Source: an uncultured Spirochaetales bacterium
GTDB taxonomy: Bacteria > Spirochaetota > Spirochaetia > Treponematales > JBGSOB01
DNA: 64,000 nt
Direction: 5' to 3'
NCBI GenBank assembly: GCA_964399285.1
Contig: CAYNQK010000004.1
Location: 7,651-71,650, forward strand
Positions 45,281-54,190 of the stretch are shown in pieces (positions within the stretch are counted from its first letter, which is position 1; each line of letters begins with the position of its first letter). Under the pieces are notes generated by a model. It worked only from the letters and a program-made list of their open reading frames with translations. It made no database searches and was not told the DNA's origin. Both the position numbers and the translations under genes were made by a program.

Positions 45281-46661
45281 TCCGACGCGCGATTTCCTTG
45301 AAACGGTTGCCGCGGTCGAATTCGTGGAGGAACATCCCGAAGCTCGCGCAACCCGGGGAGAGCATCACCGCGTCTCCCGGCGAGGCGAGCTCGACGGCCC
45401 TCCGGACCGCGGCCTCGAAGTCCCCGTAGGGGCCCTCGTAATTCCTCCCGGCGCGCTCGAGCACGGGAACGAGCTTGTCCGTTCCCGTGCCCTCGAGGAG
45501 GACGATGGCCTTCGGGATCGACGCGAAGCCCTCGTACGTGGAGAAGTCCAGGGCCTTGTCCGTCCCGCCCGTGATGAGGACGATGGGCGAGGAGAGCGAG
45601 AGGACCGCCGCCTCGACCGCCTGTGGGATGGTCGCGGCCGAATCGTTGTAGAACTTGACGCCGCCCTTCTCGTGGAAGAGCTCGAGGCGGTGCTCCACCC
45701 CGGGGAACCGCCCGAGGGCGGAGGCGATCTTTCCCGCGGGAAGGCCGTAGGCCTTGAGGGCGAGGGCCGCGGCGAGGAGGTTCTTGCGCTGGTGCTTTCC
45801 GGGCACCAGGGTCTCCGCGGGGACGATCACTTCGTTCGCCGATCCGAAGGATGAGGTGAGGCCTTGTCCCTCGCTGAGCCATCCGCCCTCGACGCCCTCG
45901 GGCAGCCGCCGCTCGGAATACCAAAGGACCCTCGCCTTCGTTTCCGCGGCGAAGGAGGGTCCGTAGGCGTTCTCCCGGTCGCAAACCGTGAAATCGCTCG
46001 GTCCCTGGTCCGCGTAGATGAGGCGCTTGTCCGCGACGTACTCCTCCATGGAGGAATATCGGTTCATGTGGTCGGGCATGATGGCCGTGAGGACGGCGAC
46101 GCGCGGCTTCAGGACCCCGAGGCCGCGCATGTCCGCGAGCTGCCAGCTCGAGAGCTCGAGCACCACGGGGCTGTCCTTCGTCGTCCTGGGGAGGAATTCG
46201 AGCGGCGAGACCGTGATGTTCCCGCCGAGAAAGGCTCCGATGCCCGACTCGGCGAGGGCGAAGTGGATCGCGCTCGCCGTGCTCGATTTGCCCTTGGAGC
46301 CCGTGATGGCGATGATTGGGCTCTCGCAGAAGCGGAGGAAGAGCGATACGTCCGTCTCGACGCGGCGAGCCGCCTTGAGATAGGGGGAGTCGGGCCGGAC
46401 GGCGGGGTTCTTGATCACCATGTCCGCGCTCGAGAAATCGTCCATTTCGTGCTTCCCCAGCACGAGCCGCACCCGGGTCCCGGCGAGGGACTCGACCGAG
46501 GAGGCGAGGGCGGCCGAATCCTTCATGTCGGTGACGGTCACCTCCGCGCCTTCTCCGGCGAGGAAGCGCGCGGTCGAGAGACCTCCCCCGTGGAGGCCGA
46601 GGCCCATGACGGTGATCCTCATGCCCCTGAGGTCGGATCGGGAAAGACGCTCATTCGTCAA
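45273..46661 (-). CDS. murD: UDP-N-acetylmuramoylalanine--D-glutamate ligase
   Basis: Rossmann N-terminus VMGLGLHGGG, P-loop ITGSKGKSSTAS, and Mur ligase C-terminal motifs. Confidence 0.9.
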   Translation of the reverse strand: MTNERLSRSDLRGMRITVMGLGLHGGGLSTARFLAGEGAEVTVTDMKDSAALASSVESLAGTRVRLVLGKHEMDDFSSADMVIKNPAVRPDSPYLKAARRVETDVSLFLRFCESPIIAITGSKGKSSTASAIHFALAESGIGAFLGGNITVSPLEFLPRTTKDSPVVLELSSWQLADMRGLGVLKPRVAVLTAIMPDHMNRYSSMEEYVADKRLIYADQGPSDFTVCDRENAYGPSFAAETKARVLWYSERRLPEGVEGGWLSEGQGLTSSFGSANEVIVPAETLVPGKHQRKNLLAAALALKAYGLPAGKIASALGRFPGVEHRLELFHEKGGVKFYNDSAATIPQAVEAAVLSLSSPIVLITGGTDKALDFSTYEGFASIPKAIVLLEGTGTDKLVPVLERAGRNYEGPYGDFEAAVRRAVELASPGDAVMLSPGCASFGMFLHEFDRGNRFKEIARRIS

Positions 46662-47598
46662 GGACGTACTCCTTCTGGTCGCGTTCGTCGAGGTACGGCC
46701 GCATCCTAATCCGCGACCAAGGTTCCTGCCAATCGGGAGGCACGAGGGCCCTGAGCTCCGCGAATCCGGGCATGTCCTCGGAGAAGGAGCGGGAGCGGAG
46801 GGCTTCCTGGATCCCGTCGATGGCGGGCTCGATATAGGAGAGGGCCCGCGAGAGGAGGGGAATCCCGGTTTCCCTGCCCGCGGCGTCGAGGGCCGTGCAG
46901 GCGTGGCAGATCGTCCGGTACTTGCAGACGAGGGGATAGTAGGGATGGGTCGACGTTCCCGGCCGCAGGAAGAGCTTGGACGCGTACTTGGTGATGTCCA
47001 TGTCCATCCAGATGCCCCTGACCATGTATCCCTTGCCCGTCTCCCCGATCCAGGTGTCCGATACGAGCTGGCGGATCGCGAAGGAGGAGGGCCTCCCTTC
47101 CGCCTCGCTCGCCGAGACGAGGGGGATGAGGTCGCTTTCGAAGAAGAGCTTGTTCGCGGAGAAGGCCGCAGTGCGGTCGTTGTCGCCCCTCCGCGAGATC
47201 CTGTCGTGGACGGGCCTGCAGGAGATGTCCAGCCTGAGCAGGTACAGGTAGAGCTCGTCCGCCGCGCGGTACACGCGGCAAAAACAGGGACGGGCGATTT
47301 CCGACGCGTCGAAGAAGTACGAAAGGCCGGAGAGGAGCGCGGGAGCCGCTTCGGCCGCCGAGGCGATGAAGGACCTGAGCGCTTCCAGGTAGCCCGGGGA
47401 GGGCATGGCGATCCTGACGTCGTGGTGGATAGGGAAGGAGGGCACCTCGACCTCGCGTTCGAGGAGAAGGTACGACTCCTCTCCCTGGGTGAAGCGGATC
47501 GACCAGGGCCTCGAGGAGGCGGGCGGGATAGAGGCGATGATCCTGTCGCACTCGGGATCGGCGCTCGAAGGCCGTATCTCCGAAGAAAGCTGGTCCAT
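46651..47598 (-). CDS. Hypothetical protein (no recognisable domain), co-transcribed with murD
   Basis: 315-aa ORF with normal codon composition and an 11-nt overlap with the murD start. Start chosen at ATG 47598, which is preceded by TTGCGA-N17-TAGTAT-N7. Confidence 0.5.
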   Translation of the reverse strand: MDQLSSEIRPSSADPECDRIIASIPPASSRPWSIRFTQGEESYLLLEREVEVPSFPIHHDVRIAMPSPGYLEALRSFIASAAEAAPALLSGLSYFFDASEIARPCFCRVYRAADELYLYLLRLDISCRPVHDRISRRGDNDRTAAFSANKLFFESDLIPLVSASEAEGRPSSFAIRQLVSDTWIGETGKGYMVRGIWMDMDITKYASKLFLRPGTSTHPYYPLVCKYRTICHACTALDAAGRETGIPLLSRALSYIEPAIDGIQEALRSRSFSEDMPGFAELRALVPPDWQEPWSRIRMRPYLDERDQKEYVLDE

Positions 47599-47605
47599 CA
47601 GTCCA

Positions 47606-47634
47606 ATACTAGCCTCGAGCGCGGGGAATCGCAA
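47606..47634 (-). promoter_or_regulatory. Promoter candidate (leaderless-type) for the hypothetical-murD operon
   Basis: Minus strand reads TTGCGA, a 17-nt spacer, TAGTAT, 7 nt, then ATG 47598. Confidence 0.4.
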
Positions 47635-47689
47635 CGGACCGGGGAACCCCGCGGAGCCGAAATCCTTTGCGCTCCCGCGATAATCGCGA

Positions 47690-47695
47690 TACAAT
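47690..47695 (+). promoter_or_regulatory. TACAAT -10 box 6 nt upstream of ATG 47702 (leaderless candidate)
   Basis: TACAAT-GGACGC-ATG with no SD. Confidence 0.35.
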
Positions 47696-47701
47696 GGACG
47701 C

Positions 47702-48940
47702 ATGAAGCGCACCATCCTGTCCTTGGCCCTCGCGGCGGCGTCCATCGCGGCCCTCGCCGCTTCCGAGCTGGTCGTCGGCACCGCCACTATCGTCTACGCC
47801 GAGGGGACCGATCTCACCGTCGTCAGGGGCCCCCGCGAGATACCGCTCAAGAACCCCGTCGGGGAAAAGCTCCTTCCCGGCGATTACGTCCAGACGGGCA
47901 GGGGAAGCGCGGTCGAGATCGTCACGCTTCCCCGCGGCTCCGTGCTCCGCGTCGCCGAGAACACCACTTTCCGCGTCCTCGGATCGGGCGAGGGCGAGGC
48001 CTGGGGGATCGAGCTCCTCTACGGACGGATCCGCGCTCGGGCCGAGGGAACGGGATCCTACGAGGTCCGCGCCGGCGGGAGCGTGGCGCGCGCCGCGGGA
48101 GCGGACTTCGGCATGGACATCGTCGTATCCCGCGGAACCGCGGGAGTGCAGGGAAGCGCGGAGGTCTATTGCTTCGAGGGGAGCGTCGCGGTATCCCCGG
48201 CGCAGGCCGGCGCCGCCTCCCAGCCCCTGATACTCGGTCCGGGAAAAGCGGCCTCCGCGCGGAGCGAGGGCGGCGCGGTCGTCATCGGGGCTTCTGAATT
48301 GAAACAGGAAAAACGAGAATTCTGGTCGATGCGGAGCTTCAAGTCCGATTACGCGCAGCGCATCGATCTTCCAAAATCTCCCTTCTCCGTGAACGCGGCT
48401 CCGGCTGCGGTGGCGGCCGCCGCCGCTCCTGCCGCGACCGTCGTGGCGCCCGCATCAGCGCAGATCGCCGTCGCGGCAGCTGCCGCGACGCCGGTTCCGG
48501 CGCCCGCGGCGCAGACGGCCGCCCCAGCTCCCGTCCCCGTGGCTCCTGCGGCCGTCCAACCCGCGGCGCCCGTTCCTCCCGGCGCCGCTCCCGCGTACGT
48601 TCAGGCCACCGAGGTCGTCGAAGCCGTCGAAGCTCCCGTGATCGCGGCGGAAGCCGCGCCGGCGAGCCCGGCAGCCGTCGAGACGGCTACCGCTCGGCCT
48701 ATCGACGTCGATCTCGCTCGGTACAAGAAACAGGTGATGGCCAAGAACGCCCTCATCGGCGCGGGGGGCCTCATCAGCGCGGGAGGCGTCGGCCTCCAGA
48801 TATGGTCCGCCATCAGGCTCAGGGACGACGCGGCGGACCTCGAGGCGCAGGACATCCTCCTGATGGGCGTCTCGACCTCCGTCGTGGGCGTCGTGGTAGG
48901 CGTCATCGGGCTCGTCGCGAATCCTTCGACCCCGCGCTAG
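47702..48940 (+). CDS. FecR-domain protein with Ala/Pro-rich linker and C-terminal TM anchor
   Basis: Signal peptide. FecR-like beta region (GDYVQTGRGSAVEIVTLPRGSVLRVAENTTFRV). A roughly 100-aa A/P low-complexity region. C-terminal TM pair. Confidence 0.6.
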   Translation: MKRTILSLALAAASIAALAASELVVGTATIVYAEGTDLTVVRGPREIPLKNPVGEKLLPGDYVQTGRGSAVEIVTLPRGSVLRVAENTTFRVLGSGEGEAWGIELLYGRIRARAEGTGSYEVRAGGSVARAAGADFGMDIVVSRGTAGVQGSAEVYCFEGSVAVSPAQAGAASQPLILGPGKAASARSEGGAVVIGASELKQEKREFWSMRSFKSDYAQRIDLPKSPFSVNAAPAAVAAAAAPAATVVAPASAQIAVAAAAATPVPAPAAQTAAPAPVPVAPAAVQPAAPVPPGAAPAYVQATEVVEAVEAPVIAAEAAPASPAAVETATARPIDVDLARYKKQVMAKNALIGAGGLISAGGVGLQIWSAIRLRDDAADLEAQDILLMGVSTSVVGVVVGVIGLVANPSTPR

Positions 48941-49015
48941 GGCCCGGAGCGCTCGGACCGAACCGGGCGCTCGCGCGGCGGGCCTGAGGGGAGGGGCGGG
49001 TTTTCGAATCGCCGC

Positions 49016-49044
49016 TAGCCAAGGAGCCCGGACGAGGCCATAAT
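49016..49044 (+). promoter_or_regulatory. ppiB promoter candidate (leaderless-type)
   Basis: TAGCCA, a 17-nt spacer, CATAAT, 6 nt (AGGCCC), then ATG 49051. Confidence 0.35.
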
Positions 49045-49050
49045 AGGCCC

Positions 49051-49554
49051 ATGGACATCATCAACGTGAACATGTTCACGAGCAAGGGCGACGTGATCAT
49101 CTCGCTGGACGGCGCCAAGGCCCCCGGCACCGTCGCGAATTTCCTCGCCTACGTGGACTCTGGCTTCTACGACGGGACCATCTTTCACCGCGTCATCCCC
49201 GGTTTCATGATCCAGGGCGGCGGCTTCAACCCCGGCATGTCGCAGAAGAAGACCCGCGCCCCCATCAAGAACGAATCCACGAACGGCCTCTCGAACCTCC
49301 GCGGCACCATCGCCATGGCCAGGACGAGCGATCCGGATTCGGCCACGGCGCAGTTCTTCATCAACCTCGTCGACAACAAGGCGCTCGACCGGAAGGGGCC
49401 GGGAGCCCAGGCTGCCGGTTATTGCGTCTTCGGCCACGTGGTGAGCGGCATGGAGGCGGTCGACGCCATCGCCGCCTGCGTCACGGGATCCAAGCCGCCC
49501 TACGACGACGTCCCCCTCGAGGACGTCGTCATCCTCAAGGCGCTCAGGGCCTAG
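49051..49554 (+). CDS. ppiB: Peptidyl-prolyl cis-trans isomerase (cyclophilin type)
   Basis: Motifs [35 protein letters not shown] and VFGHVVSGM. Confidence 0.9.
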   Translation: MDIINVNMFTSKGDVIISLDGAKAPGTVANFLAYVDSGFYDGTIFHRVIPGFMIQGGGFNPGMSQKKTRAPIKNESTNGLSNLRGTIAMARTSDPDSATAQFFINLVDNKALDRKGPGAQAAGYCVFGHVVSGMEAVDAIAACVTGSKPPYDDVPLEDVVILKALRA

Positions 49555-49563
49555 AGCGGGGCG

Positions 49564-50022
49564 ATGGCGAATCGGAGCGCGCTGGAGCGGACGCTCCTCC
49601 TCATACTCCTCGGCCTCGCCATCGTCATGGCCGCCATGACCGTCGCCGGCTTCATCGCGGGCAAGCGCCCCGGCGACGGTCTCAGGCCCGCGTCCGTCGA
49701 ACGCGAGAGCCCGAGCGAGGGCGAATCCGAATACGACGGCTTCGGAACCCAGCGCCTCAAGCTCAAAAACGGCGGCGTCCTCGTCTTTCGCCCCGTGCTC
49801 TCGTACCGCTCCGACGGCGCGGCCCCCCGCGAGGAAATCATCGCCAAGAAAGGCGAGCTCCTCGCCGCCATGGTCCGCGTCCTCGACTCCAAAGACCGCG
49901 AAGGGCTCTCGCCCGCCCAGGAAGGCCGCGTAAAAGCCGAATTCCTCGATTCCTTCAGGACCATCCTCTCCGTGACCAGCATCACCGGAATCTATTTCCT
50001 CGACTACGAAATCCTCGACTAA
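49564..50022 (+). CDS. FliL-like membrane protein
   Basis: N-terminal TM. The C-terminal pattern (VFRPVLSY...ELLAAMVRVLDSK...ITGIYFLDYEIL) parallels spirochaete FliL (..FLKISIALGY...VNTILSSK...IKEVFFKEFII). Confidence 0.45.
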   Translation: MANRSALERTLLLILLGLAIVMAAMTVAGFIAGKRPGDGLRPASVERESPSEGESEYDGFGTQRLKLKNGGVLVFRPVLSYRSDGAAPREEIIAKKGELLAAMVRVLDSKDREGLSPAQEGRVKAEFLDSFRTILSVTSITGIYFLDYEILD

Positions 50023-50027
50023 TCCAT

Positions 50028-50168
50028 AAGGCGAGCGCCGCGATGACTCAACCTAAAGGCGATCTTCCTCAGGCGCTTCTTTTAAGGCGAGCGTAGCGAT
50101 GCCTTCCCCGGTGAAGCCGACACTTTGAGTGCCCCCGCTAAAGGCGAGCGTAGCGATGCCTTCACCGG
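50028..50168. repeat. Direct repeats: AAGGCGAGCGTAGCGATGCCTTC[C/A]CCGG x2 plus one degenerate copy, period 56-57 nt
   Basis: Copies at 50084-50111 and 50141-50168 differ at 1 of 28 positions. The copy at 50028-50050 shares AAGGCGAGCG..GCGATG. Each full copy ends in a small CCTTC/GAAGG hairpin. Confidence 0.7.
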
Positions 50169-50201
50169 AAGGGCTTCTCCTTCATGCCTCGACCGAAAAG
50201 G

Positions 50202-50302
50202 CACGGGGATCGACGAGAATAAATGAAGGCTGAGTTGTTAGCTCGCATAAAGGATCAAAGCGAGCGGTGCGAAGCCTTCATTTATTCTCGCCGATTCCCG
50301 TG
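50202..50302. repeat. 30-bp imperfect inverted repeat with 41-nt loop (nested GCTCGC/GCGAGC hairpin)
   Basis: Arms 50202-50231 (CACGGGGATCGACGAGAATAAATGAAGGCT) and 50273-50302, with one A.C mismatch and one G.T pair. It ends 6 nt before the ligA -35. Confidence 0.75.
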
Positions 50303-50308
50303 TACTCT

Positions 50309-50337
50309 TTGACGAAACCCATCACATGGCGTAAAAT
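50309..50337 (+). promoter_or_regulatory. ligA promoter candidate (leaderless-type)
   Basis: TTGACG, a 17-nt spacer, TAAAAT, 8 nt, then GTG 50346. There is no SD and no alternative in-frame start after the stop at 50310. Confidence 0.45.
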
Positions 50338-50345
50338 GCCCATCC

Positions 50346-52229
50346 GTGAAGAAATCGAAGCGCGTCGCCGAGCTCGAATCGCTCATACGCAGGCACCAGG
50401 ACCTTTACTACAACGGACAGCCCGAGATCTCCGACGCGGAGTTCGACGCCCTCTGGGACGAGCTCGAATCCACCGATCCCGAGAACCCCGTCCTCTCCCG
50501 CGTCGGGAAGGACGACGCCGACGGCTTCCCGAAGGCCGACCACCTCATACCGATGGGGAGCCAGGCCAAGGCGCAGGACCCCGAGGCTTTCCTCAAATGG
50601 GCGAACAAGGTCGGTCACGCGCGCTTCCTCGTCCAGCACAAGCTCGACGGCGCCAGCCTCGAGCTCCAGTACCGCGATGGCCGCTTCGAGAAGGCTGTTA
50701 CGCGGGGGGACGGCGTCCGCGGCGACGACGTCACGCAGAACGCGCTCAGGATGAACGGCATCCCGAGGACCATCGACGGGAATTTCTCGGGCGGCGTGCG
50801 GGGCGAGGTCCTCATGTCGCGCAAGGTCAAGGCCGAGAGCTTCCCGGACGCCGCGAATTGCCGCAACGCCGCGAACGGCATCATGAAACGCAAGGACGGA
50901 CAGGGCGCGGACAAGCTCGACGTCGTATGCTACGACGCCGCGCACGCGAACCGCGCAGATTTTTTCAAAAGCGAGACCGAGAAGCTTTCCTGGATAAGGA
51001 AGCAGGGATTCGCCGTCGTCGAGCAGGCCGTCATCGATACGGCGGACGGCGTCAACGAGTACCGGGCCAAGATCATGGACAAGCGCCCCGGCCTCCCCTA
51101 CGACATCGACGGACTCGTGGTTAAGAGCGACGAAATCGATCCCGAGGACATGAAGCGGGCCCGTCCCGAAAAGCAGATCGCCTACAAGTTCTCCCTCGAG
51201 GAGGCGGTCTCGGTCCTCAGGGAGGTGGAATGGTCCGAATCGGGCGCGACGTACACGCCCATCGGCGTCATCGATCCCGTCCAGCTCATGGGTACCACGG
51301 TGAAGCGCGCGAACCTCTGCAACCCGGACATGCTCCGGAAGATGGATTTGCGCATCGGCTCGAGGATCGTCATAACGAAGCGCGGCGAGATCATCCCCAA
51401 GATCGAGGCCCTCGTCGAGAATCCGAAGGGCAGCTCGGCCATTCCCTATCCTCGGGCCTGCTCCTGCGGAGCGAAGCTCGTCGACGAGGGGACGCGGCTT
51501 TTCTGCCCCAATCCCGCCTGCCCGAAGCGGGCCCTCCACCGCATCCTCAAATGGATCTCCACGCTCGATATCCTCGATTTCGGCGAAACCCTGGTGCGTC
51601 GGCTCTTCGATTCAGGAAGGGTGCGGACCATCCCTCAGCTCTACGGGCTCGGCGCTGAGGAGCTCGCCGAGTACGAGCGCATGGGGATCGTCCTCGCGCG
51701 CAAGGTCCTCCGGAACCTCTACGCGAAGGAGGAGCTCGATCTTCCGCTCTTCATCGCGGGTTTCGACATCGAGGGCATCGGGGAGCTCATCGCCGAGCGA
51801 TTCGTGCAGGCGGGATACTCGACCCTGGACGCGCTCCGCTCCGCGAAGAAAGAGGACCTCGCCGCCATCCACGGCGTCGGCGAGCTCACGGCCGAGGCCC
51901 TCCTCGCGGGGCTCGACGAGCTTTCTTCCGAGATGGACGAGCTCCTCGCGACGGGCAGGGTGAGGATCGCCGCGGCGAAGGCGGCGGGCCCCCTCGCGGG
52001 GAAGAGCTTCTGCTTCACGGGCGAGCTCTCGAGCATGAAGCGCCCGGCCGCGGAGTCGAAGGTTCGCGCGCTCGGAGGCACCTCGAAATCATCGGTGACG
52101 AAGGACCTCTCCTACCTCGTCACCAACGATCCGGCATCGGGAAGCTCCAAGAACGAAAAAGCCAAGTCGCTCGGGGTGAAGATCCTGAGCGAGGGGGAAT
52201 TCCTCGCGATCATCGGGGAGGGGGCATGA
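50346..52229 (+). CDS. ligA: NAD-dependent DNA ligase
   Basis: Adenylation site HKLDGAS, Zn finger CSCGAKLV...CPNPACP, HhH region, and C-terminal BRCT (GKSFCFTGEL). Confidence 0.95.
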   Translation: MKKSKRVAELESLIRRHQDLYYNGQPEISDAEFDALWDELESTDPENPVLSRVGKDDADGFPKADHLIPMGSQAKAQDPEAFLKWANKVGHARFLVQHKLDGASLELQYRDGRFEKAVTRGDGVRGDDVTQNALRMNGIPRTIDGNFSGGVRGEVLMSRKVKAESFPDAANCRNAANGIMKRKDGQGADKLDVVCYDAAHANRADFFKSETEKLSWIRKQGFAVVEQAVIDTADGVNEYRAKIMDKRPGLPYDIDGLVVKSDEIDPEDMKRARPEKQIAYKFSLEEAVSVLREVEWSESGATYTPIGVIDPVQLMGTTVKRANLCNPDMLRKMDLRIGSRIVITKRGEIIPKIEALVENPKGSSAIPYPRACSCGAKLVDEGTRLFCPNPACPKRALHRILKWISTLDILDFGETLVRRLFDSGRVRTIPQLYGLGAEELAEYERMGIVLARKVLRNLYAKEELDLPLFIAGFDIEGIGELIAERFVQAGYSTLDALRSAKKEDLAAIHGVGELTAEALLAGLDELSSEMDELLATGRVRIAAAKAAGPLAGKSFCFTGELSSMKRPAAESKVRALGGTSKSSVTKDLSYLVTNDPASGSSKNEKAKSLGVKILSEGEFLAIIGEGA

Positions 52230-52828
52230 ACATGTCGCGCAGGTCCAAGGCCTGGCTCGTCGCCGTGCTCGTCGTCGCGGCGCTCTTCGCCGGGACATCG
52301 GTCCTCGCCGTCATGGCGGGGACGAAGCTCGACCGCCTCTCGGAGGCGATCGCCTCGCTCGAGGAGGAAACGATTCCGCTCAAGTTCAAGGTCCTCGACC
52401 GCGGCGCTGAGGGCCTCAGGGTCAGGATCAAGTTCCAGGACCGCGACGGAAAGGACGCCGGCGAGACCGAGGCCGTCCTCGCGGGGAAGAGCCTTTACCT
52501 CGATTTCGCGGTGGTCATGAAGGACGGATCCTACGTCGCCTTTCCCGCGGCTATTTTCACGGACGAGGTCCCGGCCGCTCGCGGGAAGAAGCTCTTCTCC
52601 GTCTACGACGTCGGAGGATATCCGGCGATCTTCAGGAAGAAGGGGATGGATGCCCGGGACTTCCGCTCCTTCGCGGCCCTCTTTCTTTCCCTCAAGCTCG
52701 GCAGGCGGGAAGGCGGCGGGTTCGGTTCGGCGGTGCACGACGTCGCAGAGATCGGCTCGTTCAAGCCCGGTATCGTCTACAAGGCGGTTTCGCGCAAGAA
52801 GGGCGGCATCGAGGTGATGGAGGATTAG
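52226..52828 (+). CDS. Membrane-anchored hypothetical protein (paralog family A/B, member 1)
   Basis: The ATG overlaps the ligA stop (ATGA). N-terminal TM AWLVAVLVVAALFAGTSVLAV. Shares sequence blocks with the next gene. Confidence 0.5.
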   Translation: MNMSRRSKAWLVAVLVVAALFAGTSVLAVMAGTKLDRLSEAIASLEEETIPLKFKVLDRGAEGLRVRIKFQDRDGKDAGETEAVLAGKSLYLDFAVVMKDGSYVAFPAAIFTDEVPAARGKKLFSVYDVGGYPAIFRKKGMDARDFRSFAALFLSLKLGRREGGGFGSAVHDVAEIGSFKPGIVYKAVSRKKGGIEVMED

Positions 52829-52829
52829 C

Positions 52830-53732
52830 ATGGACGACGGCCTCATGAAAGCGGCCCTGGCCCTTTCCAGGACCATAGCATGGCTCTTCGCCTCGAAGGC
52901 GGGCCTCCTCACCCTGCTCGTCGTTTCCTGCGCGCTCGTGGTCTTCAGGCTCTCCTTCGCCGCGAGGAGATCCGTCCTCCTCGAGAAGGCGGCCGGCAAG
53001 AAGGGCGGCTTCATGGCGGGCGCCCGGGGCGCGGCTAACGAGGCGGCGTCGGGCGCGGCCTGGGCGGCGTCCAACCTGCCGACTCTCGTCGCGAGCCTCG
53101 CGGTCCTCGCCCTCGTCGTGGGGCTCTCCGGCGTCGTGACGAGGTTCGAGGAGTACCTGGGCCTCCAGGAGCGGATCCGCGAATATTCGATCGTGCTCAA
53201 GAACCTCGAGGCGCGGACCCGGGTCGCCCGCGTGGAATGCCTTTCGAAGGCCGGAGCCAAAGGCCGTTACCTCGTCGAGTACTACGGGGGCGGGGAGGAC
53301 GGAAAACCGGCGTCGCGCGAGGAATTCGAGCTCGAGGGGGAGGAGATATACCTCGACGCCCTCGTCCTCAATTTCGACTACGCGGGAATAGCCTCGGGTG
53401 AGCGCGTGAACGTGGCCGTCCCGTACCGCGCCTTCTCCGACCTCGTGCCGCAATCGAAGGGCAGGGTACTCGCGTTTTCGGACGCCGCGGGCCGCCCGTT
53501 CTACCTCTCCCGGAACGAGGAGGATATCCGCGGCATGCCCAAGGACGCTTACGACGCGAGGATCGACGAGATCTCCGCGATGTTCAAGAGCGATTCCGAG
53601 GCGCGGAAGGCCGGCGTCGTGCGGAGCGTCTACGGCAACGCCGTGCACCGCCCGCTCAGGAAGGGAGAGGCCTTCATCGTCTGGGTCGAGCAGTCGGGCG
53701 GGCTCACCATTAAAGAGGAAAAGGACTTCTAG
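52830..53732 (+). CDS. Membrane-anchored hypothetical protein (paralog family A/B, member 2)
   Basis: Two N-terminal TM segments. The C-terminal domain aligns by eye with 52226-52828 (EIYLDALVLNF vs SLYLDFAVVMK, PYRAFSDLVP vs PAAIFTDEVP, YGNAVH vs GSAVH, GGLTIKEE vs GGIEVME). Confidence 0.5.
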   Translation: MDDGLMKAALALSRTIAWLFASKAGLLTLLVVSCALVVFRLSFAARRSVLLEKAAGKKGGFMAGARGAANEAASGAAWAASNLPTLVASLAVLALVVGLSGVVTRFEEYLGLQERIREYSIVLKNLEARTRVARVECLSKAGAKGRYLVEYYGGGEDGKPASREEFELEGEEIYLDALVLNFDYAGIASGERVNVAVPYRAFSDLVPQSKGRVLAFSDAAGRPFYLSRNEEDIRGMPKDAYDARIDEISAMFKSDSEARKAGVVRSVYGNAVHRPLRKGEAFIVWVEQSGGLTIKEEKDF

Positions 53733-54016
53733 TGGGTTCAGCCGCCGTTTTCACGGTTTCCATCAAGGTCCTGCCGCGAGCTCCACGGGACGAGCTCGCG
53801 GGCCGGAGGGGGGACGAGATCCTCGTCAGGCTCAAGGCGCCGCCCGTGGATGGCAAGGCCAATGAGGCGCTCAGGGCCTTCCTGGCCGAGAAACTCGGCT
53901 GCCAACGGTCGGAAATCGAGATCCTGCGGGGCGAAACGGGACGCCATAAGGCCGTAAGGCTCCCGGTCAGCGCGAAAGCGGCCATGGACGCCGCCCTGGA
54001 GGGGAGCGAGGGGTAA
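53732..54016 (+). CDS. DUF167 (YggU) family protein
   Basis: Motifs VKVLPRAPRDEL, APPVDGKANEAL..FLA and ILRGETGRHK. The GTG start shares 1 nt with the upstream stop. Confidence 0.75.
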   Translation: MGSAAVFTVSIKVLPRAPRDELAGRRGDEILVRLKAPPVDGKANEALRAFLAEKLGCQRSEIEILRGETGRHKAVRLPVSAKAAMDAALEGSEG

Positions 54017-54053
54017 GCCCGCTGGGAGGCCCCCTTCCTCCGCATTCGATGCC

Positions 54054-54083
54054 TTGACACGGCATCTTCTTCCGTTGTATTCA
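54054..54083 (+). promoter_or_regulatory. rplU operon promoter candidate followed by a structured ~100-nt leader
   Basis: TTGACA (54054-59), an 18-nt spacer, TATTCA (54078-83). The leader contains the hairpins GAGCGC-CCG-GCGCTC and CCGCCC-TAA-GGGCGG before the AAGGGGA SD. Confidence 0.45.
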
Positions 54084-54190
54084 TTTTAGTCACATTCGCC
54101 GTTCCGAGCGCCCGGCGCTCTTATGATCGGACTCAGGCGACGGGACCGCCCTAAGGGCGGCGAAGCGCCAGGACAAGGGGAATCCACGGT

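Noticed and set aside
48380-48700. GC-rich GCN-repeat DNA inside the FecR-domain gene as a separate repeat element
   Set aside because: It encodes the Ala/Pro-rich linker in frame and has no defined repeat unit.
50028-50168. Calling the 28-nt/57-nt-period repeats a CRISPR array
   Set aside because: There are only two good repeats plus one degenerate copy, no cas genes in 64 kb, and the repeat lacks typical CRISPR termini. It is kept as an unexplained repeat (see findings) rather than annotated as CRISPR.
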